Position numbers and translations under genes: made by a program | Notes under the pieces: model-generated | Told to the model about the DNA's origin: nothing | The model's input: only the letters and a program-made list of their open reading frames with translations | The model's database searches: none | Shown here: piece by piece, positions 29,459 to 38,489 of the stretch | How the letters are laid out: the number at the start of each line of letters is the position of its first letter | Numbering within the stretch: position 1 is the first letter of the stretch | Assembly (NCBI GenBank): GCA_020051775.1 | Contig: JAGVQJ010000048.1 | Span: forward strand, 2,556 to 66,555 | DNA length: 64,000 nucleotides | Source: Calditrichota bacterium | Lineage (GTDB): Bacteria; Electryoneota; B3-LCP | Direction of reading: 5' to 3'

Positions 29459-31476
29459 TTCGAACCCTTGATTTCCTGATTTTGACCCGGATGGCATGAT
29501 TGACAATCGCGCTCGGCAAAGGGAGCGTGCATTTGCGGCCCCATTAATCCCTCGCCGGGGGATGAATGTGGATCGTGGCACCCGGTACAGTTCAGATTCG
29601 CGCCGCTTAATCCCAAATGGCTGGATTTAAACTTCGCCTCCTCCCCATCGTGACAGCTCAGGCACATTGCGGGCATTTCCTTCCGCGCTAAGGCAGCCGT
29701 CTGCGTATAATGCGGCGCATGACAATCCAGACACAACCCTTCCGCCGCAGGATAGTGGGCCTTGTCGGTCTTCAAGGGGCCGGCGATTTCCTTATGACAG
29801 GTCAAGCACAGGTTTTTCGGCTGATCCAGTAATAAACTCGGATTGGCGCTGTTGTGGGGGGCGTGGCAACTGCCGCAGTCCCCAGATACAAAAGGCTGAT
29901 GAGTGGTCGTGGCGGTTTTAAGTCCCACGGCCAAGTCACTGTGGCAGGAGGCACAGAGTTCGGATTTTGGCGCAGTCAAAAGATTGGCAAATTGACCAGC
30001 ATGGGATTTATGGCAGCTTTGACAATCTTTATCCACGAAGGGGGCATGATGCGAGATTTGGTCGGGCGCATTCAACATGTCGTTATGGCAGGAAACACAC
30101 AATTCGCCTTGAGGCAGTTTCAGCAATTTGGCATTGTTTCCCTGATGCGGTTCATGGCAATCGGCGCATTTTCCGGAATAAACCGGAGTGTGAATGTAAG
30201 CTTGATCGTAATCTTTCTTGGCGTCGGCGTGACAACCAAAGCAGAGATCGTCGGTCTTTGCGGTCAACAACTTCTTCTGAGGACTACCATGCGGGGTATG
30301 GCAATCGGTACAAGAGCCCTCCACAAAGGCGGCATGCTTGACGGGGGCTTCGGTTCCGCCAATGAGGTCGGTATGGCACTTGAGGCAGAGCTCGCGAGTT
30401 GAAACCGTCAGAAGCTTCTTGTCAGTCTGACCGTGCGCGATATGACAATTGGCGCACGATTCAGCGGCGGGCGCATGTTTGACGGCATTGTTCAACTGCT
30501 CGCCAACGTCGGAATGACACTCCTGACACAGTTGGCGATCGGGCGCTTTCAATAACGCTTTTTGAGCCGAACTATGGGGTTGATGACAAGACAAACACTC
30601 ACCTTGCGCCACCGGTGGGTGCGTACCCGACGGAGCCACCTGGGATTGTTCATGACAACTATAACATAACTCTCCAGCCGTCGCGGCGATGGTAAAGTCG
30701 TTACCCTGGCCCGGCGCCGGGTGGCAAGCCTCACAGTTGCCTTCAGCCAGCGGCGCGTGAACTGATTGGCCCAGCAGTTTGTCATCAGACGAAGTATGCG
30801 GCTGATGACAGACCGTACAGCTTTTTTCCGCCACGGGATAATTGCGGTGCGCCTTAGTGAATGAAGCCGTGCCGGTTTCGTGGCACTTACGACAAAGGTC
30901 CTTTTGTTCGACCGTTAACAGATGCTCATGATCGCCACCGTGTACGTCGTGGCAAGCCCAACAAGATTCCTTGATCTTGGAATGCCCCTTATTCTGCGTA
31001 AACTGGGTTTGTTCATGGCAACCGAAGCAGAGCTCTTCGGCGCTACTCTTCAGCAGCATCCCGCTGTTCGAGGCGTGAGGATCGTGACATTTGAGGCATT
31101 GACCCTTCTGAGCCGGGTCATGCTGAAACTTCCCAGACAAGCCTAACGATTCGGGTTTGTGGCAACCCACGCACAGTTCGGTTTCCGGTTTCTGCAAGCG
31201 CAACGCGCCGACTTTGCCATGAGGTTTATGACAGACGCCGCATTCACCCTTTTCGACCGGTTGATGCAGGTTTTTACCCGGGAATTTACTCAATTCATGA
31301 CAACCGGTACAATCGCCTTTGCCGGAAAAAAGTTGACCTTTCTTCACTTGCGCAGAACCAGGATCAGACCACAGTACCGTTAAGGCTAAACCGGCCAGTA
31401 TCAATATCGCGATAACAGTTCCTCCGCGTCGTGTCCGATTCTGTTGGCCGAGGAATCCTTTTAATGCACGAAGCAT
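29455..31476 (-). CDS. Periplasmic 26-heme cytochrome c
   Basis: 26 CXXCH counted; N-terminal signal/TM segment; H-x-P repeats supply distal His. Confidence 0.93.
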   Translation of the reverse strand: MLRALKGFLGQQNRTRRGGTVIAILILAGLALTVLWSDPGSAQVKKGQLFSGKGDCTGCHELSKFPGKNLHQPVEKGECGVCHKPHGKVGALRLQKPETELCVGCHKPESLGLSGKFQHDPAQKGQCLKCHDPHASNSGMLLKSSAEELCFGCHEQTQFTQNKGHSKIKESCWACHDVHGGDHEHLLTVEQKDLCRKCHETGTASFTKAHRNYPVAEKSCTVCHQPHTSSDDKLLGQSVHAPLAEGNCEACHPAPGQGNDFTIAATAGELCYSCHEQSQVAPSGTHPPVAQGECLSCHQPHSSAQKALLKAPDRQLCQECHSDVGEQLNNAVKHAPAAESCANCHIAHGQTDKKLLTVSTRELCLKCHTDLIGGTEAPVKHAAFVEGSCTDCHTPHGSPQKKLLTAKTDDLCFGCHADAKKDYDQAYIHTPVYSGKCADCHEPHQGNNAKLLKLPQGELCVSCHNDMLNAPDQISHHAPFVDKDCQSCHKSHAGQFANLLTAPKSELCASCHSDLAVGLKTATTTHQPFVSGDCGSCHAPHNSANPSLLLDQPKNLCLTCHKEIAGPLKTDKAHYPAAEGLCLDCHAPHYTQTAALARKEMPAMCLSCHDGEEAKFKSSHLGLSGANLNCTGCHDPHSSPGEGLMGPQMHAPFAERDCQSCHPGQNQEIKGSK

Positions 31477-31480
31477 GGGA

Positions 31481-33139
31481 TTATTTACCTCTTATGGCGC
31501 TGAATTGCAGCGCTTTCAGCGCTTCATGATTGATAGTGATTTTCGATCCGGTATTAAGTTGCTCCAAGACGTCTTTTAAAATCCGATCAAACTCCATCTG
31601 CTTCAAGCTCTCCTGCACGGCGCCGCGGACTTGCGACAATGGTAGCGGTTCGCCGGGTTTGCGATCCGTTAACTTGATCAGCATGTACCCATCCAGGTTT
31701 TGGTAGGGACCTGTCACGACGCCGATACTCAGTGTATCCAGAACCTTACGCAATGATTCTGGAAATTCAACCAACTTGAGCCATCCACGGTCACCCGATT
31801 TCCCGGCATAACGATCAGTAGAACAGCTCCGAACCATCCAGGTGAAATCAGCGCCGGCATTCAACCGGGCTAATACACGGTCGGCGCTATCTTGATCTGC
31901 CACAGTTAACTGGCTTATTTTAACCTCACCCGAGGAATGGTAATAATCTCGATGTGCTTGGAAAAAAGTATCCTCCATGACCGGTGTGATGACAACCTGT
32001 GGAGTGACCGTCTTGGACAAATAATCCATCACCAGTAGAGAATCGGAGTAGGCCTCCGTTTTCCATTTTACTCGTTCATTGTCTGTAATGTATCCTCTTG
32101 AAATCACCTCTCTTTGGAAAAGTCGGTGATTGATCATTTCCTTCAGCACGCTAAATTTCATCGGATTCAGCATTTCAGGACTGCGGCTCACTGCGCTATG
32201 CAATATCTTGTGGCGGAGCTGAGTAAGCGTGATGGTGGAATCCCCCACCGAAGCCAGCACCCAACCGGAATCCGAAGCGCTGTAGGCGCTCGTATCGGTA
32301 ATGACGGCAGCCAAATTCAGCAAACTGTCATTGACAACCACGCCAAATTTTGATTTCAACGAGGCGATAAACTCCTCATGGACAGTGTCTAAAAGCTGCC
32401 GTTGCAATGTGGTTAGAATCCGGCCACGGAAAATACCCAATTCCGAGGTATCGGCCGGCTGCGAAGCCAGTAACCTGAAAATCGCGAAACCATCGCGGTA
32501 GGGAAAGGGGCCGCGCAATTCTCCAACCCGAGCAGAATCAACCTGGGGTCGCAGAAATTCGTTCAATTCGAGCCAGTACCGCAGCCCCTTATCACCGCCC
32601 CCGAGGCGGTATTGATCCCCGGCATATTGTGCGGCGATGTCCTCCAGTTTTGCTCCGGCCTTTAAAGCCCGTAGCGAGCTATCGGCTTGGGATTTCTGGT
32701 TCAGAATAACCAGATAAATATGAAATTTTCGGAATTGTTTCGCGAAAGTTTCGCTTATCTCCCCCTCGGTGATGGGGATGCTGTCCGGAAGATTCTCGCG
32801 CAGTAACAGTTCGACGGCGGCATTCAGCTTAAATTTCTCGATTCGCGCTTTGTAGCCGGGTTCCTGATTTAAGCCCATAGCGACAGCATCCTGGACCATC
32901 AGTCGTTCATTGATCAAGCGTTCCAAAAGCTTTTCAACGTCGAAACTTGTGCGACTTGTGTCATGTTCGCCGCTATGAATGCGACCCAATTCTCTTGAAA
33001 AGGCGCGTGCGAAAATAGTGTCGCCATCAACAATGGCCAAAGCGGTTGATTCGATATTATCGCGAGCCGGGACAGACTGCGTTAAAAGCAGCAAAACTCC
33101 GACGACAACATATATTTGCTTAGGATGATTTATGAGCAT
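31481..33139 (-). CDS. SurA/PrsA-like chaperone with two PpiC (parvulin) domains
   Basis: LAIVDGDTI, GGDKG and SGDRGW rotamase motifs, duplicated architecture, signal peptide. Confidence 0.85.
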   Translation of the reverse strand: MLINHPKQIYVVVGVLLLLTQSVPARDNIESTALAIVDGDTIFARAFSRELGRIHSGEHDTSRTSFDVEKLLERLINERLMVQDAVAMGLNQEPGYKARIEKFKLNAAVELLLRENLPDSIPITEGEISETFAKQFRKFHIYLVILNQKSQADSSLRALKAGAKLEDIAAQYAGDQYRLGGGDKGLRYWLELNEFLRPQVDSARVGELRGPFPYRDGFAIFRLLASQPADTSELGIFRGRILTTLQRQLLDTVHEEFIASLKSKFGVVVNDSLLNLAAVITDTSAYSASDSGWVLASVGDSTITLTQLRHKILHSAVSRSPEMLNPMKFSVLKEMINHRLFQREVISRGYITDNERVKWKTEAYSDSLLVMDYLSKTVTPQVVITPVMEDTFFQAHRDYYHSSGEVKISQLTVADQDSADRVLARLNAGADFTWMVRSCSTDRYAGKSGDRGWLKLVEFPESLRKVLDTLSIGVVTGPYQNLDGYMLIKLTDRKPGEPLPLSQVRGAVQESLKQMEFDRILKDVLEQLNTGSKITINHEALKALQFSAIRGK

Positions 33140-33143
33140 ACGG

Positions 33144-34238
33144 TCATTCTTCCGAGTGGTGCTGAGGTGAAGGTTGAAGCGTTTCAGGCGGCAAGGCGGA
33201 GACTAACTCCTTGAGCGATAGAGCCATCAACCGGGACGTTCCGTATACCCGGCCGAGCTGGAAGATCTTGACGAAATCATCGCCGCGATGTTCCACCTGG
33301 CGAGCCCAGATCAACTGACCGCTCTCGGCCTTGAGCAACCGGAGACTCACCTGTACTGTGGGTATGTCATTCTCTTCAAACTGATCCGTTTCTTGATAGC
33401 TCTCGGCCGCCCCAGTGAGGCAATAATCGGCGTCTAAGCTTTCCTGCAGGGTTTTCAAGGTGGCTAAATCTATCCCATCACGCGGAGCAATCCCAGAGGC
33501 AGAAAGTTGCTGGTTTAAAGCCCCGGGTTCAATCACCCGGTAGCCGCGCTGCATTAAAAGAGATACCAATATATTATCGGTCATTTGCCCTGCGGTAGTC
33601 AAAGAGCCGGTATACTCAAGGGGGATGACCATGATAGAGGATTTAGCCTTACTTTTACCCACGATTACTTGAGCATTAACGAACCACGCCATCCACCATT
33701 CACGCAGCTCCTGAATCATGTCATCTATCGCCAGCTCCGCCAAACGGTCCGCGGAGGTAATAACTCCCAGGCCCAGCAATCCGGTATGATCCGCGCCAGT
33801 GGCGCTGCGAGTGGCGGCCCAAACAACCTCACCGGTGTAGCTGTTTAACAATCGAGCGGACAACCCAATTTCCGGTTGGTCACCTTTCCGATAACAATCA
33901 ATGGAGCCTATCAAAATCCAGTTGGTACCGGTTTCGCGGCTGATTTCCTGGGCCTGTTGTTGGCTTAATTGTCCCGTGTCCCGCACACGATCGCGTCGCA
34001 GTAAATCCTGCAGAAGATCATCCTCTATCAGACCAAACCCCGCCGTAGTCAATCTCTCCCGGACTATGGGCATGAGATAGGTTTTAGCCTCCGCGTCAGA
34101 CGTGACGTTGCGAAATGGGAGCGCTACCAATACGACCAGCGTCGTGTCGGCTTGATCCTGTGCGGCACTAGTGAGTGCGGACAGGAGCAGAATCACCACA
34201 AGACCGCATCCGGTCAATTTCGTCGCATGAAACCGCAT
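33144..34238 (-). CDS. Secreted protein with two tandem CsgG/PelC/GNA1162-like domains
   Basis: ALPFRN...LSARLL...TGEVVWAAT and VIPLE...VSLRLL..ESGQLIWA: two copies of the TolB-N/CsgG-type fold. Confidence 0.65.
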   Translation of the reverse strand: MRFHATKLTGCGLVVILLLSALTSAAQDQADTTLVVLVALPFRNVTSDAEAKTYLMPIVRERLTTAGFGLIEDDLLQDLLRRDRVRDTGQLSQQQAQEISRETGTNWILIGSIDCYRKGDQPEIGLSARLLNSYTGEVVWAATRSATGADHTGLLGLGVITSADRLAELAIDDMIQELREWWMAWFVNAQVIVGKSKAKSSIMVIPLEYTGSLTTAGQMTDNILVSLLMQRGYRVIEPGALNQQLSASGIAPRDGIDLATLKTLQESLDADYCLTGAAESYQETDQFEENDIPTVQVSLRLLKAESGQLIWARQVEHRGDDFVKIFQLGRVYGTSRLMALSLKELVSALPPETLQPSPQHHSEE

Positions 34239-34253
34239 GAAATCCTGCCAGAA

Positions 34254-34832
34254 TTATTTGATCAGCGACTTTAAAACGTTGCGGGAGCATTCCCGCATCG
34301 TCTCGGCGTTGGATTTGGGTGAAAGTCCGAAGAGAGAAGCCATTAGACCAGGGCGACCATCGGTGCGTGTAGCGGACCAGACGGTCGCCCCGGTTTCGGT
34401 CTCCACCATACGCAGATCGAGTGTAACGGTATTGATGCTTATGCCCCCACTGCGGGTCGAACCCGATTCGCTGACACTACCGAAAATCAGAGCTTGAGCG
34501 CCCAAGCGCTTGCCTAAATCTTTGATTTGCTGCAAATCCAGACTGGGATTGCGAAGTGCGTTCATCTCGGACAAGGCTTTGGCAGTCTCGCCGGGTTCTA
34601 TCACGATAAAAGTTTCACTGGCCAGCAGCTCGGTGAGGAAGGCCGTCGTGGCGTGCTTACCCGCCATCTGGGAAGCCGACAGGTTTTCAAAGGGAATGAC
34701 CGCCACTTTTTCGACGTAACCGAAATTGAAGGAATGGTCCAGGAAGGCGTGTGAGCCCCCACAACTGGATATAAACAATAAAACCAGCAGCAACACTGCG
34801 AGTTGTACTCCAATGTGAGTTCGTGTCACCAT
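34254..34832 (-). CDS. CsgG/PelC/GNA1162-like lipoprotein
   Basis: Start MVTRTH (34832); lipobox FISSC; KVAVIPFENLS...LGAQALIFGSV...LRMVETETGATVWS. Confidence 0.72.
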   Translation of the reverse strand: MVTRTHIGVQLAVLLLVLLFISSCGGSHAFLDHSFNFGYVEKVAVIPFENLSASQMAGKHATTAFLTELLASETFIVIEPGETAKALSEMNALRNPSLDLQQIKDLGKRLGAQALIFGSVSESGSTRSGGISINTVTLDLRMVETETGATVWSATRTDGRPGLMASLFGLSPKSNAETMRECSRNVLKSLIK

Positions 34833-34842
34833 GATAGTACCT

Positions 34843-36960
34843 TTAGAAACTGGCATTCAGTCCCACCTGATAGGAGGAATTCTCCTCGGTTAGACCGTTG
34901 GTAATTTTATTATGAGAATATCCGGCAAAGCTGCTGACTCTATCGCTGATAAGGTAAGAGAGTTGCATGTTCAAGATTCGAGTACTATAATTTGATCCGA
35001 GGCTTCCGGTGTTGGTTTGAAAACGCAAATTGGCGCTGGTGGAAATTTTTCGAGTCAAATCCCATCCGACGGAATAGTCCTGCGTAAGGCTCTCATTACC
35101 TTCCTCCTGCCCATAAGTAATGCCTCCTCGCAAGAAGAGTGCCGGAGTCATCCTGTAGTTAAAGCGCAGATCCGCTTCATCTCGATGGCCGTCCGGGTAC
35201 AAATAATTGGACATATAGACTCGACGGGTTACCGTGCTGATCAGATTCAAATTCTGATAAGGCGTGGCGTCGGCTGATAACCGGTAGGTCCAGCTGTCGG
35301 TAACGAGCGTAGAGGACGTTGTCGGCCGTTCGCTGCGTGAAAATCCGGTCTCAGTCAAGATGTTTAACCCGGGAATCAACACCGCCGACAGATGGAAAAG
35401 CGCCGAATGCGTCAATTGAGTTTGATCTTGATTCTGCCAGGATCTCAACCTCGATCCGGAGAGTGAGGTTTCCAAGGTTTTCAGCGGATTCAGCAAAAAG
35501 ATCAGCGAATATAATTCTGTTTCGAGGGAGGTAACCAATCCCGTCCGATAATCTGTCAATCCGCGTTGATAGCGCCCTACGGAACTGAACTTGTCGTTGG
35601 GTCGGAAAGAAACCGTGCCCGAGACGTTGGCATCACGTCGTTGTTGCCCGGAAAGGTCCTCCACCTGCGACCCGAAAACCGCATCAGTGCTTAGCCGCCA
35701 ATAGGAGTGCGCCTGGTAAGACAGACTGGCATTCACACGGTGATTCCGCGTCAGGTCTGGACCCAATCCCAGGATTTGATCGCTGATATAACCTTGAATT
35801 TCAGTAACGTAAACTTCCGGTTGCTCGTCCGTCGTGGTGTTGATGACTTTAAAATAGCGGGCGGTGGTCGTAGGGAAACTTATCTCATAACGATGAAGTG
35901 GTCCGTTAAAAGTGGATAGTACGCCGCCGGCTTGAATCGTCCAGGCAAGATTATCGCCGCTGGTGTACACCGACCACGCCAGGGAAGGATCCGCGGTGCG
36001 ATCAGTGTATAGGTAAATCACACTTAAGGTGCGCGCCAGAGAGAGATCGAAGCCAATATTCTGGTGCAGAAAGGTGCCGCCGAGATTGATACCGGTAGAT
36101 TGTTCCACGTTGCCGTCAATCAATGTCGCCAGCGTATCAAGAGGCCCCAAAGTGGGACTGGCATCCTGTTGGTAAAGCCCTATGACGGCAGGTATTTGTA
36201 TAAACGGCATCACCGCCTGACTGGATTCCTGGCGACGGTGGGTATAATTGAACATGTAATTACCGGCAAACAAAAGGCGGTTTTTAATCAAATTATTGGA
36301 ATAATCCAACCTGAAAATATGCTGCTCCAGGTTTTGCGAGATTCCGCCGCTCAAATTATCGAACCGTTGATTAGTGTAAGTGTAATAGGAATTCGCATGC
36401 TTATAAGAATAATTGGCGGCATACTGAAATCGTCTCTCTTCATTATCGGAAGGTAGTAGACCGGCGTTGATGGCGCTGTGACTCCAATCATACGACACAG
36501 TGCTTTGAGGAATGCGGCGATTGAAGGTGGTTTTAAAATAGATGCCGGCGCTACGACTTATCGTATTGTTCACGGTGGCACGATCCCGTATTTGACGATA
36601 TCGCGCATGAACTCCCAAATTGAAGAAGGGATTAACCCAATTCAGATTACCGGACGGCATCAATTCACCCTGCCAACCATTTGCTTCGGCAGTCTGAAAA
36701 GTTTGAATGTCATGGTAAGTCAAGGATAGATGTACGGAGATATAAGGCAAAAGTGAGCGGCTATAATTCATCATGTACTGCTGATCTAATGATCTAAGCC
36801 TCGAGGTATCCACTTCGGTATCCATTCCTAAAAAACGCGCGCTTCCATGCAGGTTGTTGAAGGCCGTTGCCTCCGGCGGACTCAGAGTCGTCCCCGCAAA
36901 CATGATCAATATCAGGAAGGTTCTATGTACCAAACCCCATGTTTTCTGGAAATGTTTCAT
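34843..36960 (-). CDS. Outer-membrane beta-barrel protein with an inserted discoidin (F5/8C)-like domain
   Basis: Signal peptide, many alternating Y/S/R beta-strands, C-terminal Phe (GLNASF); central LIDGN...IGFDL...VYTSGDNLAW...TARYFKV...VTEIQGY. Confidence 0.7.
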   Translation of the reverse strand: MKHFQKTWGLVHRTFLILIMFAGTTLSPPEATAFNNLHGSARFLGMDTEVDTSRLRSLDQQYMMNYSRSLLPYISVHLSLTYHDIQTFQTAEANGWQGELMPSGNLNWVNPFFNLGVHARYRQIRDRATVNNTISRSAGIYFKTTFNRRIPQSTVSYDWSHSAINAGLLPSDNEERRFQYAANYSYKHANSYYTYTNQRFDNLSGGISQNLEQHIFRLDYSNNLIKNRLLFAGNYMFNYTHRRQESSQAVMPFIQIPAVIGLYQQDASPTLGPLDTLATLIDGNVEQSTGINLGGTFLHQNIGFDLSLARTLSVIYLYTDRTADPSLAWSVYTSGDNLAWTIQAGGVLSTFNGPLHRYEISFPTTTARYFKVINTTTDEQPEVYVTEIQGYISDQILGLGPDLTRNHRVNASLSYQAHSYWRLSTDAVFGSQVEDLSGQQRRDANVSGTVSFRPNDKFSSVGRYQRGLTDYRTGLVTSLETELYSLIFLLNPLKTLETSLSGSRLRSWQNQDQTQLTHSALFHLSAVLIPGLNILTETGFSRSERPTTSSTLVTDSWTYRLSADATPYQNLNLISTVTRRVYMSNYLYPDGHRDEADLRFNYRMTPALFLRGGITYGQEEGNESLTQDYSVGWDLTRKISTSANLRFQTNTGSLGSNYSTRILNMQLSYLISDRVSSFAGYSHNKITNGLTEENSSYQVGLNASF

Positions 36961-36977
36961 CAGCTCGCGTTAACCGA

Positions 36978-38390
36978 TTAGGGGAAGACAATGGCGCAAG
37001 GTTTCAGTCCCGTAGCAATCACGCCCTTGACTTGTCCCGCATTTCTGCCAATCAGACTGAGATTATTGGATTCGGAACAGACAACATACAGAAGTGCACC
37101 TTCAGGATCCAGAGCTAACCGCTTGGGGAAGGACTTCACTGCGATCTGGTTTATATCCAAATTCAGCGCCAGTTTCAGTATGGCCACAAGGTTAAGGTTT
37201 TCGATAGAGCAATAGAGTGTACCGGCGCGAGCATCGCTGACCAGGTCATTAACGGAATGAGTGGTATTCAGCGTCCCGGAGACGGTGAAAGTCTCAGTAT
37301 TAATCTGAGTGATAGTTCCAGAACCGTAATTGGCAACATAAAGCCTTTGGCCTGGCGCATCAAGCTCCAAGCTGACCGGATTAGATCCCACGGACAGGTT
37401 GCGCGGAGCCGCTGTCATGGTTGCGTTGAAGGCGGAAATGTCATCCGATAAGCTATTGGCCGTATAAACCCAGCCGCTGGCCGGATCAGCGACAATGTCG
37501 TTGGGGGCCGTACCCACGCTTATTTTATCGCGGCGACTGAAGTTGAAGGCATCAATAATGGAGACGCTGTTCGATCCGCGGTTGGCGGTAAAGAGCAGGC
37601 GTTCATCGCCGGACAGTGTCAGCGCGGAGGGCTCGTCGCCGAAATCCAAGTCTATCAGCGCTCGAGGAATTCGCGTGTTCAACTCCAGAACCGAAACATT
37701 GTGAGACCCGGCATTGGCTACAAACAGTAGATTCCGTTTGACACTGACGGCTAAGCCGCGAGGTTTGGCACCGACTCGCACTATGCCAACTACCTCGCTA
37801 CGAATGCGATCAATGACCGATAAGTTGTCGGATGCCTCATTGGCAACAAATGCCAGGGCGGTAACCGGAGGGATTATTTTTTTCACCTGGCGAAAACGGC
37901 CGTAAGCGTTTGAATCTGCCAGGGGAGCCGACGTCCATTGTAAAAAAAGAGCCTTTGCCTGTCCTTGTTCTATGCTGACATTCAAGGGAAGCGAGATGAT
38001 CCTGCGGGCGGAATCGGCGCTGTCGGCTTGGGTAACATGATTAGAGGCGAGAGAGAGGATTAAGGAATGGTACTGACCTGGGTCAACCAGGGATTCCGCC
38101 AATAGAATTTGTTGCTGGGAAAGTTCTTGCAGCTTGAGGCGGGGGGTAACCAGAGTAATTTCGTGAGAAGCGTATTCGCCTTGCAGTATCAGGCGTTCGA
38201 AGGTGAGAGTAGAATCGGAGTGAGTTGAGATTTTTTCGAGGTAAATCGCGACTTGCCCGAACGACTCTTGGGCGCGAAGGCGCGGTGAACACGACCACAA
38301 GCTTAAAGTGATCAATAATAAGCAAAATTTTGCCGCCGCTGTAGCAAAGCAATGTCCGGTTTTCGACTTTTGATCCACGCGTGCTCTCAA
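36978..38390 (-). CDS. YncE/YVTN beta-propeller lipoprotein
   Basis: Lipobox LWSC; FVANEAS, FVANAGS, FTANRGS, YTANSLS and YVANYGS blades. Confidence 0.85.
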   Translation of the reverse strand: MRARVDQKSKTGHCFATAAAKFCLLLITLSLWSCSPRLRAQESFGQVAIYLEKISTHSDSTLTFERLILQGEYASHEITLVTPRLKLQELSQQQILLAESLVDPGQYHSLILSLASNHVTQADSADSARRIISLPLNVSIEQGQAKALFLQWTSAPLADSNAYGRFRQVKKIIPPVTALAFVANEASDNLSVIDRIRSEVVGIVRVGAKPRGLAVSVKRNLLFVANAGSHNVSVLELNTRIPRALIDLDFGDEPSALTLSGDERLLFTANRGSNSVSIIDAFNFSRRDKISVGTAPNDIVADPASGWVYTANSLSDDISAFNATMTAAPRNLSVGSNPVSLELDAPGQRLYVANYGSGTITQINTETFTVSGTLNTTHSVNDLVSDARAGTLYCSIENLNLVAILKLALNLDINQIAVKSFPKRLALDPEGALLYVVCSESNNLSLIGRNAGQVKGVIATGLKPCAIVFP

Positions 38391-38406
38391 TTTATATTAA
38401 GCAGTG

Positions 38407-38440
38407 CAGGTCGGCGCCCGAAAATCTGGGCGCCGACCTG
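38407..38440 (-). other. Perfect 13-bp GC hairpin after the omcS-like gene, without U-tract
   Basis: CAGGTCGGCGCCC-gaaaatct-GGGCGCCGACCTG. Confidence 0.75.
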
Positions 38441-38489
38441 ACTGGAATGGGTACTATGACCGATCGCCATGTAGAAAGTAGATCGGGAT

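Noticed and set aside
29459-29581. N-terminal extension of the 16-heme cytochrome as given in the ORF track
   Set aside because: It overlaps the 26-heme gene. ATG 29458 gives a proper signal peptide and ATGA coupling.
28220-36960. MtrAB/porin-cytochrome (decaheme) conduit
   Set aside because: Heme counts (16, 26, 6), the CsgG-like proteins, PPIase and OmcS motifs fit the omcS neighbourhood rather than MtrCAB.
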